Positions 38,401-52,400 are shown, counted from the first letter of the stretch. The stretch: DNA of 64,000 nucleotides from Lingula anatina (GCA_051362555.1 CM120640.1:71340788-71404787); one strand, 5' to 3'. Notes: generated by a model from the letters alone, not told the origin. A program made the numbers and translations.

Positions 38401-41138
38401 GGGTTGCTGCCTAACTGTTTCCTTAATATTTTGTAGACCTGCACCTGCTCCATGAGAGTTGCTGCCTAACTGTTTCCTTAATATTTTGTAGACCTGTACC
38501 TGCTCCACTGGCCTTACTGTCCACTTGCTGAGAAAGATCCAAAACATACGCTACACGAGTCCTGGAGAGCTCTGGAAGATCTTTACGATGAAGGTGAACA
38601 TTCTTTTAACCAAAGTATTTTATGTGATAAGTCCAGCTTATAGTACTATATTACCTTGTTTTAAGAAGATTATCAGTAAGATCATTCATTAAAATCATTG
38701 AATGTTCACAATGGATTCAACTTTTACGTCTTAATGAAATACTAGACTATTTGTTTTATTATCATTATTATTATTATTTAGTGATGTTTTGGAAATTTGC
38801 AGTCAGTTCTTCAAAGTAAAAAAAAAATTAAAGAATTGGAATTATGCTAATAAACCATGTACAGGAATCTTTCAAATCAGGAGATTTTTCTTTATTTATC
38901 CAAAGGAAAGATAAAAGCAATTGGTGTCAGCAACTTCCTCATTCCTCATCTTGAAGATTTGCTAGAAGAGTGTCGAATCCGCCCCATGGTGAACCAGGTG
39001 GAACATCACCCTTACAACAACGAGAAAGATCTATTTCAGTTCTGTAAAGATAACAATATTCAATACGAGGTATATAACACATTGAACAGTGAGAGAAAGC
39101 TCTAGTTCAGTTCTGTAAAGATAACAATATTCAATACGAGGTATATAACACATTGAACAGTGAGAGAAAGCTCTATCTCATTTCTGCAAAGATAACAGGT
39201 GCTGTATGTAATAAAAAAAATTCTAGTGGATAGAAATGGTCGTCTGTAGCCAGTGTAAACGCTATAAATGTAAAAACAAAATGAGGTATAAATTTAAGAA
39301 CAAAATAATGCAAATGACACATAGAAGACAAAGATTTACCTCTCACAGTGTGTTAGGTCGGATAATATCACAGAGTCACTTATTTTCAGGGTTACTGCCC
39401 ACTGGCCAAAGGTCGGATACTTAATGAGCCCATAGTTGTGGAGATAGCTCAGCAGCACAACAAAACACCTGCTCAGGTGTTAATCAGGTGGTCGTTGCAG
39501 GTAAGAGATCAACACACACAGGGAGGGGTTATAGAGCTAGGAGCTGATCCTGTGGTATCCAACTACAGAGTGTTAATTCCTGTATTCCTGTTCACTATGG
39601 CCTTATTCAGAACAGGGGACTAACTAGTCTGAGGGTCAAATATGCCCAGCCCACTTGAATACTTCCCCATGGGATATCTATTCAGTGTCTGTTAGTGGAT
39701 TAGACAGCAAGCTTTGTAGTGGGTCGCCATAATTGTCCCTTGGACTTGTTAGTCCCCTTGTCTGAATGGGGCCTATGTTACATGTACAGGTTTAAGGCTA
39801 GTTTCCAGTAGTGTGCCTGGCTTGAGAGAGATGGTGGGTGTGAAGTGGCTTATCTTTTAAGAAAAAATATTTTATCTTAAAGGGACAACAAACGCAAACG
39901 AGTCACCATAACACTCACAGAGCCTTCTGTCTCACCACACTCATGCTTGAACATCACTTCTTCCAGACTGCTGAGCTTATATTGTACAATGTTATGTTTG
40001 TAAAATAAAAATTAAGATTTGCCAGAGATATAACCAGAGTTATCATGAAAATGATTTAATTCTTTTACAGGATGGAATAGTTACAATACCCAAATCTACA
40101 AAAGAATCCAGAGTACTGGAGAATTGTCAGGTATAGAGAAATGTTTTGTGTGCTTTGGTTAAACTTTTATATTTAGTTGTCATTACTGATACAATGTAAC
40201 AATGTACTGTACAGCTAGGTGCTTTCAGTAAAAGTTTTGCTTGCATTTGTTTATTTCTTAGTTGATATAACTGCTGAATAAAATTGTATGCTGTTTTTGT
40301 TGTTTTGATGTAACTGGTTATGGAGCTATTTTCCATTATTTTGAGTTAGTGCATCTTCTTTTATCAGCCTAAACACTATCATATACTTATTATGTTATAT
40401 GCCATACTGTTAGTTTAGTTCAGTCCCAGGTCTTGAAACCAAATTACAGTTTGTGTCTTTGGGTGACAGGTTTGTGATTGCAATCACCAAGTTAATGACC
40501 ACAAAATAAACCACGAAGAACAAGTCTCCTCACCTTCCCATTTGGCATATTTAGACAGCAAGCAATCCACTTAAAGCTGTCCAAATGGTTCACAGTTTAT
40601 ATGGTGATCACAAATCTGTGTCTCAAAGTCACAAAGAGCAATAATTTGCTTTAGAGGCCTGTTAAACCCCATTCAGAATGAGAATATCTGAGTGCTAACT
40701 GGTCCATGGTTAAAATATGGCAGACCTACATGAAAGGAGGATGGCTTAATCCTGTAATGGTCTTTTGGCCTCACACACCTCCCCACGTGTTGTCCCTGCT
40801 GGGGCAGGGTAATTAAATCTCGACTCCATTTGACCAGACACTTGGGGAGGCATGTGAGAGGCGGACAAAGTAAAACAGGATTAAGCGGTCTTCCTTTCAT
40901 GTAGGGTCTTCCATATTTGAGCCTTGGACCAGTTGATACTCGGATCTTCTCATTCTGAATGGTCCCTTAGAGTCCCACTCTCTCAGTAGTCTCCATCTTG
41001 TAATGTCAGGTGTTTGACTTCACCCTCTCTGACAGTCAGATGACCACCCTGCATGGCCTCCACACAGGTTTACATGCATCGTGGGATCCATACAGACCAC
41101 AAGACTTTATGACGCACATTGCACAAATGTGGGACTAG
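35472..41138 (+). CDS. Aldo-keto reductase (ZK1290.5-like subgroup), isoform with proximal last exon 41010-41138
   Basis: Exons: MSALTKTVVLSNGLHMPIFGLG|TSHLGGYSH...GYRHIDTAERYG|...IFLTSKLW...DYL|DLYLLHWP|GKIKAIGVSNF...PMVNQVEHHP|GYCPLAKG...TPAQVLIRWSLQ|DGIVTIPKS...ENCQ|VFDFTLS. Catalytic D, Y, K and H are present. Confidence 0.92.
35723..35894. mobile_element. ~172-bp MITE, copy 2, in AKR intron 1
   Basis: Same TIR and body as 33599-33771. Confidence 0.85.
36280..36428 (+). repeat. Duplication (81 bp x2) of AKR exon 2 3' end plus donor
   Basis: RHIDTAERYGTEDKLPLAIK|gt twice and in frame (36281, 36362). Confidence 0.95.
38115..38512 (+). repeat. Tandem array (~55 bp x7-8) of an AKR acceptor plus exon start
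   Basis: TGTAGAC(C/T)T at 38166, 38224, 38278, 38333, 38377, 38432 and 38487; only the last continues as DLYLLHWPY. Confidence 0.92.
39030..39198 (+). repeat. Duplication (71 bp x2 plus partial) of an AKR exon 3' end plus donor
   Basis: TTCAGTTCTGTAAAGATAACAATATTCAATACGAG|GTATAT at 39035 and 39106. Confidence 0.92.
39599..39773. mobile_element. Fold-back MITE (Harbinger-like)
   Basis: GGCCTTATTCAGAACAGGGGACTAAC ... GTTAGTCCCCTTGTCTGAATGGGGCC, flanked by TAT on both sides. Confidence 0.75.
40667..40966. mobile_element. Fold-back MITE just upstream of the AKR proximal last exon
   Basis: Arms CCATTCAGAATGAGAA...AACTGGTCCA...CCTACATGAAAGGA...CTTAATCCTG are mirrored as CAGGATTAAG...TCCTTTCATGTAGG...TGGACCAGTT...TTCTCATTCTGAATGG. 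Confidence 0.8.
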
Positions 41139-41608
41139 ACAAGGTGACACTCTTAGACTGGCTTTAGATATATCCTCAAAAAATGGCATGTTATAACTTG
41201 ATTACATTTAATGTTTGTTTTTTATTTGTCTAGTATGATTTGTTTTCTGTTTTTATATTGTTTCTAAAAATATTCTGAATATATCATTCTCTTCTTCCTA
41301 TGATCCCACTAACACAGATACATAAACAAAACCTCTCTCTGTCACAGTCTACAGTTGTGGAGGGAAAGGAACTAATTAATTTACATCAGCTAACTCCTAC
41401 TTTGATGTCTGGACCACTTAATTATCACTTTTAAGATCTGTTTGTATCTTAGCATGTGACTACATAAATGCTTAATGACACAAAAACCTTGTCAATACAC
41501 TTGTATTTTGATGAATCAGACTAATACATTCTGTGCTTGAGTGTTTCTTGTTTTTATCTTAAAAAGTTTGTCTTCCTGCTTTGGAAACAATTGTTGATTA
41601 TTTTTCAG

Positions 41609-41785
41609 GTGTTTGACTTTAATCTAGATAGTGTTGCCATGGCAATCCTCGATAATCTTCACTGTGGTCTGAAGATGATTCCCCAAGTCTCCTCCTCGAG
41701 GTCATATCTCTGCAGACATATTGGGGAGGAGGACATCGGCAACACTAGGACTGATTTCAGACAATGTCATTGTGTTATTAAGTAG
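41609..41785 (+). CDS. Alternative, paralogous distal last exon of the aldo-keto reductase
   Basis: tttttcag|GTG TTT GAC TTT; VFDFNLDSVAMAILDNLHCGLK aligns with VFDFTLSDSQMTTLHGLHTGLH of 41010-41138; same phase 0. Confidence 0.75.
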   Translation: MFDFNLDSVAMAILDNLHCGLKMIPQVSSSRSYLCRHIGEEDIGNTRTDFRQCHCVIK

Positions 41786-43426
41786 ACTTATACTTTAGGA
41801 TTTATTATTTACTTCAGTGGAATTATTTCCAAAGGACCAAATTGAATCCACATTGCAATGTTATTCCAGTGGTGCTTCCCCATATTTAATGTGATAAACA
41901 ATATGGTTTATAACATGGTATTGATCACGGGTAATTGACAATCAAAACATTGCCATTGATGCAGTAAAATTGGTAAAAAATAAACTTAACAAATTCGCCT
42001 ATTTCCAGTTTCTTAATAGCAACTTTAGATTTATTCACCATTTATTTGGAGAGTATTAATGCAATGAAGCTGGAGGCAAACAGTATTGAGATCCATTTTA
42101 GGTAAAACTATCATTTTGAACGAATTTTATGTATGTATATTTACATAATTTTAAAGCAATTAAATATATATTTGATTTCCTTTTTGATTTCCTTTTAGTG
42201 TGAAAGCGACTGTTGGAGTTAGTTAACTCTGACAGTGGTGAAACATCTTTATTGATATACTGTAAACTATAAGACTATAAAATATTTTAAGAACTTTGTT
42301 TCAGCAGTGTTTTATAGACAGATGTATAAAAGTTAATAAATACAGTCAGGAATCAAAAGCAAAAAAAATATGAATATACAAATGCCAACATTCCCACATT
42401 GTGACAACCATTATAAGTTGTAAAACACTTCAATTTCTGCCATTTAACAGCTCCAGATCTTTCTTCAAACAGTCAATTCTCACTTTTGATATTATCAGTA
42501 AAAAGTCCTGTGGTAGGAAATGTAACACTATATGATGTATTATTGCTAAAATTGTCAACTTATATAGATTACTTATAAGTATGATGTGATTTCACAATAT
42601 TGAATAAATGTTGACCCAATAAATATACTTACATGTAGCAAATCAAACATATTAGAATATTTCACAGATAGGTAGTCATTGCAAGCCCTTTGGTTTGGCA
42701 TGATCAAAGAAAAAAAAAATCAAGGTTTTTTCAACTGACAGATTATTCTCAAAACATAGCCAGGGGTAAATCAATATCAACCTGAACCTTTAATCTCCCC
42801 ACATAGTAAATATAATAGATACAAATATAGTGCATTACTAAAAAGATGTGTATCAAAAAGGTATATAAATATATTGCAAAGTCACGTGTGTTACCCTGAA
42901 CCTAGTGGTTACCTTTCACTTTTCAACTTAATATGAAAGTTACTGATCATCCATTAGCAAATCTTTGCTCCTTTCAGACCGATCACATCATTTGGGCAAA
43001 TCGTTTTCTAACATGATCAATGGTGCCTAAGTCTAGAAGTAATTCACAAAAGAAATGCCTGCTGATGTGGCTCAGTATGATCTCATGTACCAAAGGTTTC
43101 TGAACACATTCAGGCAGGTCTTAATAAATGATCCAAATAGAAGGTTTATCAAAATAGCTTGTTATTCATCAAACACGCTCCTTTCTAAAATAAGGTAAAA
43201 AATGTGGATTCAAACACTTTGTGGTCCTTTATCTACTACAATATTTTATCTCAATGTGTGATCCACAACATGGACCTAAATGATGTTAAAAACTTGGCTC
43301 ATCTCTATGGTTAGTTAGTCAAATATCACATCAGAGGCACTTGTAAAACTTGAGATTTTCCTTGCTACAATCATTTCCCCAGCCCAGCTCCAAGTCATAG
43401 TATGGTGACGTTGACCTCTGGTCAGT

Positions 43427-46400
43427 TTAGGACACTGCGATGGCAATGACCATGATGATGACCAGGATGACCGTCAGGGTGATGTAAATGGCCAACATGG
43501 TCGACTTGAAACGACGGCCCTGAAACAGGAATTACGGGAAACTTGAATACCATCAGTATTAAGTATGGACTGTGTGACATGATAAGAAAAACTTATTTCC
43601 GTATAATCTATTTATGGTTAACAGTCAGACATGTTAAGACAATGAACATCCAAAAATGTTTCCCTAAAATACTGTTAGTATTAATACAGCTTCTAGATTT
43701 TGTAGTCTGTCACTTACGGAGGGTTCAGGTTCCGGCACCTTCTCTGCACGGGGGTCAGTGCGCTTCTGCATCTCCCACTGTTCACGCTTGTCTGGAAGAA
43801 AATCATCAATGGCTTTACTTGCAAAAGTACTGAAGTTTATTTCAAGAAACTAAATATTGTGCATAGAAAAAACCATTATGGTGATTTTGACTTAAGAAAT
43901 TGTGTGGTTTTGTCTACAGAAATAACAGATCAAACTTTCATCAAAACCATATGACTGACTACAACTGAGACTACAACTACAGTGTTTAAGAACTGAAAGG
44001 CTGCGGGATATTCTCACCTTTGTTTCTCTTGTGTACACAGCACTGATGAATCTCCAGGGTAATCTCAGTGATAAACTGGACCAGGACCCAGATCAACATG
44101 ACCCAGGTCACCCACCAGGGTACCCCAGACTTGGCCAGGTTCATTCCAAAGAAGATGTTGATGGCTGAAATACCAATAGGTCATATGGTCAGCAAAATTA
44201 GAACAGGGAAATGAGAAATATTTCATACCAAAGAAAAATTTGATGGCTGAAATACCAATAGTTCACTGGGTCAGCAAAATTAGAACAGTGAAATGATAAA
44301 TATTATATCCCCCTTCCCCTCCCCTAGACACCACCTGGTGTTGTCAGAGTAAACAAGGTTATAGTAGGGGACAAAAAGCTTTCTGTCAAACTTTTGAATT
44401 TGAATACTTGTGAGTACATCAGTGAAACATTAATTTAATTACATTTTATTTATTTACACATTTGTCTGAGCTGTTCACAATATTGTTTTAATATGTATCT
44501 TGAAATTATGATCATTATAAGTTAAACCCTGTACGTACTTGCCAGAATGTGCGCCACAGTTCCAACAATCCAGTGGAACCAGTTAAAGATGGGCCGATAA
44601 TCATCCTCGGGGTGGCAACGAAACAGAGCCATGATTGGCTGAAAATAAGTTATGACTTTGATAACTGACATGTGCATATTCTTATTTCAATTCCATAAAC
44701 AAATTCATCACTTGAGAATCTTAAAAATCTGCATATTTTGATGAATCCTTTCACGTGCTGCTGTTTTACAACTACCACCTTCACAGAAAGCCATTCTAAT
44801 AAGTCATCATTCAAATAAAGAGGTCACATTAATTCTGGTGATAGGGGGATGCTTACATTCAGTACACACAGTATGGTCACTATGATACCAATGATAGGCT
44901 GATACATTCAGTACACACAGTATGGTCACTATGATACCAATGATAGGCTGATACTTACATTCAGTACACACAGTATGGTCACTATGATACCAATGATAGG
45001 CTGATACTTACATTCAGTACACACAATATGGTCACTATGATACCAATGATAGGGTGAGCCACAGCAAAGCCTGGAGAGTCCATCTGGAATAAGAGCAAGC
45101 CACTATTCACAATTGTAACACATTACAGAATGTTGTCTACCCTCAAATGAACACTTCTTAAAATTTCCTCAAGTAATTAAAACATTTCGTTTTGGTAAAA
45201 ATAAAAAAGCAGTGGAAAAGCTTACGTTGCTGTATCCCATCACTTCAATGAAGATGAGTATAAAAGCAATGATGGTCAAGATCAGGGTGTTGATCTGCAA
45301 GGTACGGTGGTTCTGAAATAAGAGCAGAAAATCCATGTGACATTTTGTAACCTTCATTTATGATATCATCCCTGGTCACTTCCAACAGTGTCCTTGTAGT
45401 GACCTTCTTACTTTACACTACATTTTTAACACATATAATTACATATTTAATAATGTTACTACATCACACCGTTCTGCACTATACTTCACACTGACACCAT
45501 TATTAACAAAGTCCTATTGCTGTTAGAAGCTTTCTTTCTTCAAAGAGGAAAAATGGAGAAGGAATTTTAACGCAGAATGATAATCTTGATCCTTACAGCA
45601 AACCAGACCCTCTCTCCACAGAGCCTGTCATTGGGCCACATTGGCTTGAAATATCTGGCAAATATGATAGCAATACTGGAGGTCAACACCCAGGCCAGGA
45701 TCATCAAGATACCTGAAATAAAACAACAGAAGGTCAACAATATGATGGCAATACTGGAGGTCAACACCCAGGCCAGGATCATCAAGATACCTGAAATAAA
45801 ACAACAGAAGGTCAACAATATGATGGCAATACTGGAGGTCAACACCCAGGCCAGGATCATCAAGATACCTGAAATAGAACAACAAAAGGTCAACAATATG
45901 ATGGCAATACTGGAGGTCAACACCCAGGCCAGGATCATCAAGATACCTGAAATAGAACAACAAAAGGTCAACAATATGATGGCAATACTGGAGGTCAACA
46001 CCCAGGCCAGGATCATCAAGATACCTGAAATAGAACAACAGAAGGTCAACAATATGATGGCAATACTGGAGGTCAACACCCAGGCCAGGATCAAGATACA
46101 TGAAATAAAACAACAGAAGGTCAACCACCTAATGAGGATTGGCAAAGTTTCAGCAACTTAAATGTGACACAATACTTGATGTTTTTTCTTTAAAAATATC
46201 TAAATTAAATCCTTTCCTGAAGTCAATGTTCACTTACTTTGACCAATGGGTAACTTATTTTACCTCCAATGTTCTCAGTGTTCACTTACCATGAGCTTTC
46301 ACCAGAGGGTAGCTGGCATGGCCTCAAATGTTCTCTGTGTTCACTTACCATGAGCTTTCACCAGAGGGTAGCTGGCGCGGCCTCCAATGTTGTCAGTTTT

Positions 46401-49400
46401 GATCAAGTTGGTTCTCCGTGGTGACACAGCTGGGCCACCATAGTAGTCAAATCCATGCTTTCCCACAGCACCAGCTGGAAGAAGTAGAAAGGACAGAGGT
46501 CAGCAAACCATTCTTTTCAAGACCAGTGCATTAACATATGGAAATACAATTTTCAGATCACCATTGATGAAATCTAATTATTAGAAAAATATATTATGTT
46601 TCACTCTTTACTGTTGCATTAATTGTTTTTAGTGAAGACTTCACATCACATTTCAATCAATTTATTCATTACTCCACCAAAAAGTCCAACATACAAGCAA
46701 CTGGTCCTTTGGCAAACAATATATGGTATTCGTTATTTAATGGTTTCATCATTTTAGCATCAGAGCTGGTGATTGTACGGGTGAACCGACACCAGATGGT
46801 GCTGTTGGCATATGTGGCGCCCTCTTTTACTAAACCACTGCTCTAAAATAAGAAATTAAAAACAAATGTGTAATAATATGTTTAATATCTTTCTAGCATA
46901 TATATACATTGACCTTTTAAATGGCAGTCTACTATCTAAGCTGGGTAAGTTCAATAATTTTTCTAACATTTGCCTTAAATCTTATATGATATTTGAGATA
47001 AAAGATTCAACAAGGCAGCAGAGCTGTCAAATGTACAGACAGAAGGCAGAAAACAATTATGCTAGTAAACAATATTTTTTTCTGGTCTGTTTTGATGCAA
47101 TTTTACATAATGGTCAACAGCATAATCACACCTAGTTTTTATTGTGTAATACTGGTAACATGGACATTCAGAATATGCAACAAGGGCTTCAGGAAATATG
47201 GATAATGGGGGGGGGGGGGGGGGAGAGATAATCGCTTGACCACTTTACTAGAAATCAGTCCAATAACAGTATTACTCATCCAGGATAAGATCAATTTTGA
47301 TCTTAAAAGCAGGGTCCGCCCATGTTAATACCAATTCTATAATGATTAAGACCATGTAAGATCATCTGTGATCTGAAATTGCAGATTCAGATCATTTTAG
47401 GCACACTACCTGCACACCTAGAGATAGCAAGAGTTGTGTTTACAGCCCAAGTGGAGACATCACAAGACAAAGAGCAAAGAGCACCTGCGTCTTCACTGAA
47501 AGATATCTACACTGTAGTTACAGCTCTCACTGAATCCATCAACCTGAACTGACTACCTACTCTAGAGCCTAACATCTTCACTGGTGAAATAAAATTAATC
47601 ACATTCTTCACTCCTAATACATAGTGAAATGCAAAAACAAACTGCTGTGGCCTTAGGCGAGAGACAACTGGGTTACTGGTAAGATAACCCTTATAACTCT
47701 GCTGAACACACATTCAAAGTCCATTCTCTCACACCAGTTTACTGCTGAAAAGAGTACTGCTTCACATAGAACAGTTCGCTACACGCCCTAAAAATGGCTA
47801 CAGCTCGCAATGACAGAGATGAAGAAGAAAGCCTATGAGCCAAAATAACTGAATATTTTGTCAGCTGTCCATTATGCCTTGAGGAGCACAAAGACCCGAC
47901 AGATTTACCATGTAGGCATACATTTTGTAAAGGTTGTCTGAAGACTTATATTTCAAACCCAACACCAGGAAGTAAATTCAAATGTCCGGTGTGTCAGAAA
48001 GAGACTGAAGTTCCTAAAGATGGCCTTGAGGGCTTCACTCACAATTTATTCATTGAAAGCTTGCAGGACACTGTACTTCAGTCAACAAATAAGAAAAAGT
48101 GCAGCTTTTGTGTTTTGGTGTCCCAAAAAGAAACAGTGGCTACTTCAAAATGTATCACCTGCCATGACTACCTATGTGAGAGGTGTTCTCCATTCCACTG
48201 TGGTACCACACTCACTAAAGATCACAGGGTACTAACTTTTCAACAACTTCACAGCAGTGAGTGCCAAAAAGAAATCCAAGAGCAGCAGAAAATTATCTGC
48301 CCAGAGCACAAAGGTGAGATGATACGATACTTTTGTTCAGACTGCAGTGTTCCTATTTGTTGTGACTGCAGAGACCTACACCATGATGGTCACAAACTTA
48401 TCTCCCTTGAAAAAGCTGCAGAGATGGTAAAACCACAACTTCTGACCAAATCCTGTGGCATGGAGAAAAAATTTGCAAGGGGTGAGAAAACAATAGCTGA
48501 AATTGATGAAATATTGGCAACCCTCCAGGAAAATGAAAGCTTTGTTCAGCAGAAGATCAAAGCTCGTGCAGCTTATCTACGTCAACTGGTAGATCAACGA
48601 GAGAAAACTCTACTGCAGGAGCTTCATCAAACCACCAGTGCTCACAGAAATACACAAATTTACAAATTTCCCGCAAAAACTGCAAAGCCACTTGCTCCTC
48701 TATCAAAACCACAACAGATGTAGTAAAGAACATCCTTCAGCATGGTGTCCCCATAGATTTACTCATGTTACACCACCAACTTGGACAGAGACTAGATGAG
48801 CTACAGTCCAATTCAGCTGTGGATGATATTCCAGAGGAACTAAAACTCACACTCACCACCAACACAGAAGTGGACCAAGAGATATCCACTGGGGCTGGCC
48901 TGGGGAATGTGCAGATATCTAGAAAACCAGCTTTGCCCAAGTTCAAACCACAGGCTGAATGTATACTAGAGTTTGACACTGGCTATGAGAGGCCAGTGGA
49001 CATTTCAGTGAGTCCAAACAGGGAGTATGTTACTACATATGACGCCAAAAATAAGGTAAAAGTTTTTAGTTCAGATGGTACAGTTAGCAAGGAGATCACA
49101 AGTGTCTCAGACACACAGTTGGAATGGCCAGTGGGGATCTGTCACTTCCCTGATGGAAGGATGGTTCTAGCTTGTAGAGACAATAAGAAACTGTTCATCC
49201 TGTCACCACAGTGGGATGTACAGCAAACTGTAGACGTCAACAACCCATATGGTGTAGCTCTCAATAACAGCTGCACTAAGATTGCTGTGGCACAGCATAG
49301 GAAAGGAAAGTCTGTAAGTGTGTTCAGTATTGATATGAAAGGGCAAATAACTTTAACTGATGTGATAAAAGACAAAGTTGGGGAGCAGTTGTTCAATAAT

Positions 49401-52400
49401 CCATATAAAGTGGCATATATGAGCAATGGGTGCCTTGTTGTTAGTGATGAAACACCAAAAAAACTTCACATCCTAACCCCATCTGGTGACCCACTGTATC
49501 AATACACAGGACCTGATAACAAGTTAGGTCCACCCTTTGGTATCTGTGTTGATGCATATGACAACATACTGGTTACAGACTGTGATAACCACTGCATACA
49601 CCTCGTATCCCCAGATGGGAAGTTCATCCAGTACATAGCAACCCAAGCTGATGGACTATATAAACCATGGGGATGTACCATCAACCAGGATGGAGATCTG
49701 GTTGTGACCCAAGTGGATGGAAAAGTGAAAATATTCCAATACTTGGAAAAATGACATTATTTGAAATGCTAAGAAACTGAACATCATGCACTCTTCTGTC
49801 ATATTTCAATAATGTAGTATACAAGAAAGCAAAGCATCCAAATGTAAAAATACAAAGCAGAAAATAATGATGGTAGTGTATAAAATATTTTTCGTCAATT
49901 TTGATGCAGTATTAAACAATAATAAACAGCATAATCAGGTGGATGGGAGTTAAAAGCCACATCTTGAAAATGCAAGTGTTTGAAAAAAAATTAAAAAGAA
50001 AACATAGCAAAAATTGTTCCAATAAAGCTGCTATTCAAACTTTTGATCTGGCTGTATTAAAATGATATGAATAACCCCACTGAGTTTGAGGATATTAAGG
50101 CACTATTATTCATCTATAGCATTGATGCTGGCATAACACAAAATAATTTTTTCTTTTGGAAACTTATTAGCAATATTAAACAACATTTACCAGTATTATT
50201 ATCACAGATTCCTTATTATGTGACACTGTTAATTTAGACTTGCACAAACTGTATCTGGCAGAGAGCTAAACTAGTGGGAGTTTACAGGGAAATCTCAACA
50301 TGTGTGTTTTATGTGATCTCATTTAATGGCCACTTGAAACTTAATTTGGCAAGAGACTTAATAGCTCTAAACTTAGCTAGTGATTACCAAAGGGAAAATT
50401 ACAGACTGACCACCCAAATGAGACTAGCAAAGGCCTTCAGGCCCATGAATTTCTAAGTCACACCTTAAAAATTCCAATATATACAATATATACCACAACA
50501 AGTTTTCCATCATTTTTATATAATCAACTAACAACATAGTTAAGATGCAGAAAATGTCAAAAGAACACTCTAAGATATTTAATTAGTTCAATAATGAGAC
50601 TGTTAACATGCCTAAGAATTAAATCTGAAGAAAAACTATTTATATACAAAATAGGCATAACTTCATCAAAACTTAACCGATCAAGCTTAATCTGTATACT
50701 AGTAAGACTGATCACTCCTGAGAGTAGCAAGTCAATTATATAATAGGCTGATCGGTTTTCCTTAAAATGTGTTAAAAGCACTGCATGTATGCTGAAAAAA
50801 ACCCAAAAACTGTATAACTTTTGTAAAAATGGTTTGATCAAGCTGATTTTCAAACTTGATCTGAGTTTTAGTAAGATTGATCACTCCTGTAGGTTACTAG
50901 ACAATAGGTCTATCAGTTTCCTTGAAATGTGTTATCAGTGTTGCATATATGCTGAAAAAAGCAAAAAAAAAAAGAAAAAAACACATAATCTTTTAAAAAA
51001 TGGTCCAATCATGCTGATTTACAAACTCGACTCGCATCTTATGAATATTCATCAGTTCTGCAAGTATAAGCCACAAGATAAAACGGTTTTCTTGTTATCA
51101 GTGGTGAAAGTACATGGTGACGACCACGACGGCCACGACAGATGCAGGTGACAGCTATATATACATACACATCTGTGTCTGTACATAATAAAAAGTCATC
51201 TAATATTGAAAGTTGACTAACTCCAATCTGTCCAGAGGTAAGTGGATCCTCAGAGTTGTAATACTGATGAACTGCTGTTGTTCCTTTGTCTTCATCATAT
51301 ATACATGCTATTACACTGTCATCACCCTAGGGAACAATATAAGAAGACAAAATTTAGCTTCTTTACTAACACTTGGGAATTTACTTAATTTTTTATTATT
51401 ATTTTTTACATGAAATTCCAAGCCCATTAACATAAAATGACAAATAAGGTCATGTTTAGGTGTGAAAATCAGTGAATTTAGTACTATTTACAACATTAGA
51501 TGTCCAATGTATTTGACACATAAGAGTGTAATTATATCAAGACGCAGCAGAGATATAATTTGCTGTCGGGTGTCACATACAGTGGATGACGAGTAGTTGT
51601 AACTGACTTATACCACAGCTGACACTTTGAACTACAGGATGATTGCACTTGTATTTAGCTACAAGCCCATCACATCATAATACAGGAGAGCCTGGAAGTG
51701 AAACACAAGTACAACTATCCTACTGTTGGAAGTGCTGGCTATGGGATAATTTAGTATTTTACATAACAGAGCCAGGTGACCATGTAAAAGAATTAGAATA
51801 GCATCAAAAATCAAAGCCTAACATTCTGTAGATTAACTACATCAGTACTAAGATTTCCTCTTTCCATTATCAATGTACAATCTTTTTAATTTCAAAAATC
51901 TACAGGACTTATGCATGAATCAATGAACATACTATAAAAAGAAAATAAGAAAACATAATCATTTAGTCTAAACGAAAACTATACAAAACCATCAACAGGA
52001 TTCTAAAAAAGTGAATCTAATCATTTTTGATGTTTTTAGTATGAACAGAAAAGATGAATTCATATAAAATGTTGCTCCAAATGCCACAGTTCATATCAGT
52101 CCTATAATCTATCATTGCTTAATACATGGATATCATATCCCCCACCCCTGTATGCAAGGAGTGTTTGTTTCACACTCACCATCTGTTTATCATTGGAAAA
52201 CCCAACAGCCACGTATTTCTGATCTCCCTCCATTTTACCAATCATTTCAAACTTGATTTTGTCTTCTCCATCTTTCTGCCATGACAACGCATATATACAC
52301 TGCCCTTGAACACAGCCTGCTGGCACCCTGTAGCAACCCTTACTATTACCACAACCATCTAACTTTACTGCTGGAATAGTGATCTGAAATAAAGAGTTAG

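Noticed and set aside
45577-46161. Plus-strand repetitive 194-aa ORF (also 54519-54944)
   Set aside because: Antisense by-products of frame-preserving tandem arrays in FRRS1.
47836-47838. TGA in the TRIM gene as selenocysteine or programmed readthrough
   Set aside because: Not at a conserved Cys position, no SECIS recognised, and an independent frameshift indicates decay.
50560-51190. Possible degenerate transposon with internal repeats in an FRRS1 intron
   Set aside because: No termini or TSD could be defined by eye, so it is left unclassified.
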